In this document: positions 43,481 through 43,592 of the stretch, piece by piece
Position numbering within the stretch: position 1 is the stretch's first letter
Layout of the letters: each line of letters starts with the position of its first letter
Virus record (IMG/VR): IMGVR_UViG_3300005573_000020
Coordinates: 1-43,592 of that record
Reading direction: 5' to 3' (one strand)
Length of the DNA: 43,592 bases
Origin: a virus
The notes under the pieces: generated by a model
Told to the model about the DNA's origin: nothing
What the model saw: the letters and a program-made list of their open reading frames with translations, nothing else
Databases searched by the model: none
Translations under genes and position numbers: made by a program

Positions 43481-43592
43481 AAACTATGGAATTATCATTC
43501 AGAAAAATTTTAAGAAAAGAGCAAGATATGGCTGGCAAATGGCGGGTCTGGGTTGAGGTTGCCGATGGCGAGGCAGTGATATTAAAGTTTCA
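43472..43592. repeat. Terminal direct repeat, copy 2
   Basis: Exact copy of 1-121. It restarts the ORF that begins at position 15. Confidence 0.95.

Noticed and set aside
1-43592. Genome-wide reassignment of TAG to a sense codon (code 15-like)
   Set aside because: At least nine ORFs end at TAG (for example 19107, 23515, 24562, 24902, 27069, 30969 and 31724), close to the next gene start. Reading through them adds only 1-16 codons before another stop. Only the methyltransferase shows an internal TAG. Global recoding is therefore unsupported, though local suppression is not excluded.

Overview
This window is a complete genome of an uncultivated tailed dsDNA phage. Bases 1-121 recur exactly at 43472-43592, so the unique length is 43,471 bp and the contig is circular or terminally redundant. 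Every credible gene is on the + strand. Gene order, wrapping across the junction: virion, tail and internal-protein genes (15-13284), including a 1616-aa protein with an RlpA-like lytic transglycosylase domain. Next come an ATP-grasp enzyme, a four-gene lysis cassette (14793-16913), and then an early, recombination and replication module (17028-24143). That module holds an HTH protein, an HNH nuclease, a PD-(D/E)XK nuclease, a DUF4373-like initiator, a metallophosphatase, a HAD phosphatase and a DUF1064 nuclease. A ParB-domain DNA methyltransferase follows, then the terminase small and large subunits, portal, scaffold, capsid genes and tail fibre/spike genes. I saw no integrase, DNA polymerase, CRISPR array or reverse transcriptase. 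Findings that the ORF track hides: (1) the major capsid gene appears split by a 719-nt group I-like intron carrying an HNH homing endonuclease, and P1, P10 and a terminal G can be drawn by hand. (2) The ParB-methyltransferase has an in-frame TAG at codon 10, upstream of its conserved ParB motifs. (3) Several GC-rich structured intergenic RNAs, including a promoter-proximal pair of mutually exclusive 12-bp helices. (4) Helically phased iterons plus an AT-rich tract inside the initiator gene. (5) A tRNA-Met(CAU)-like gene upstream of the capsid genes. All product calls come from motif recognition by eye; no database search was run.
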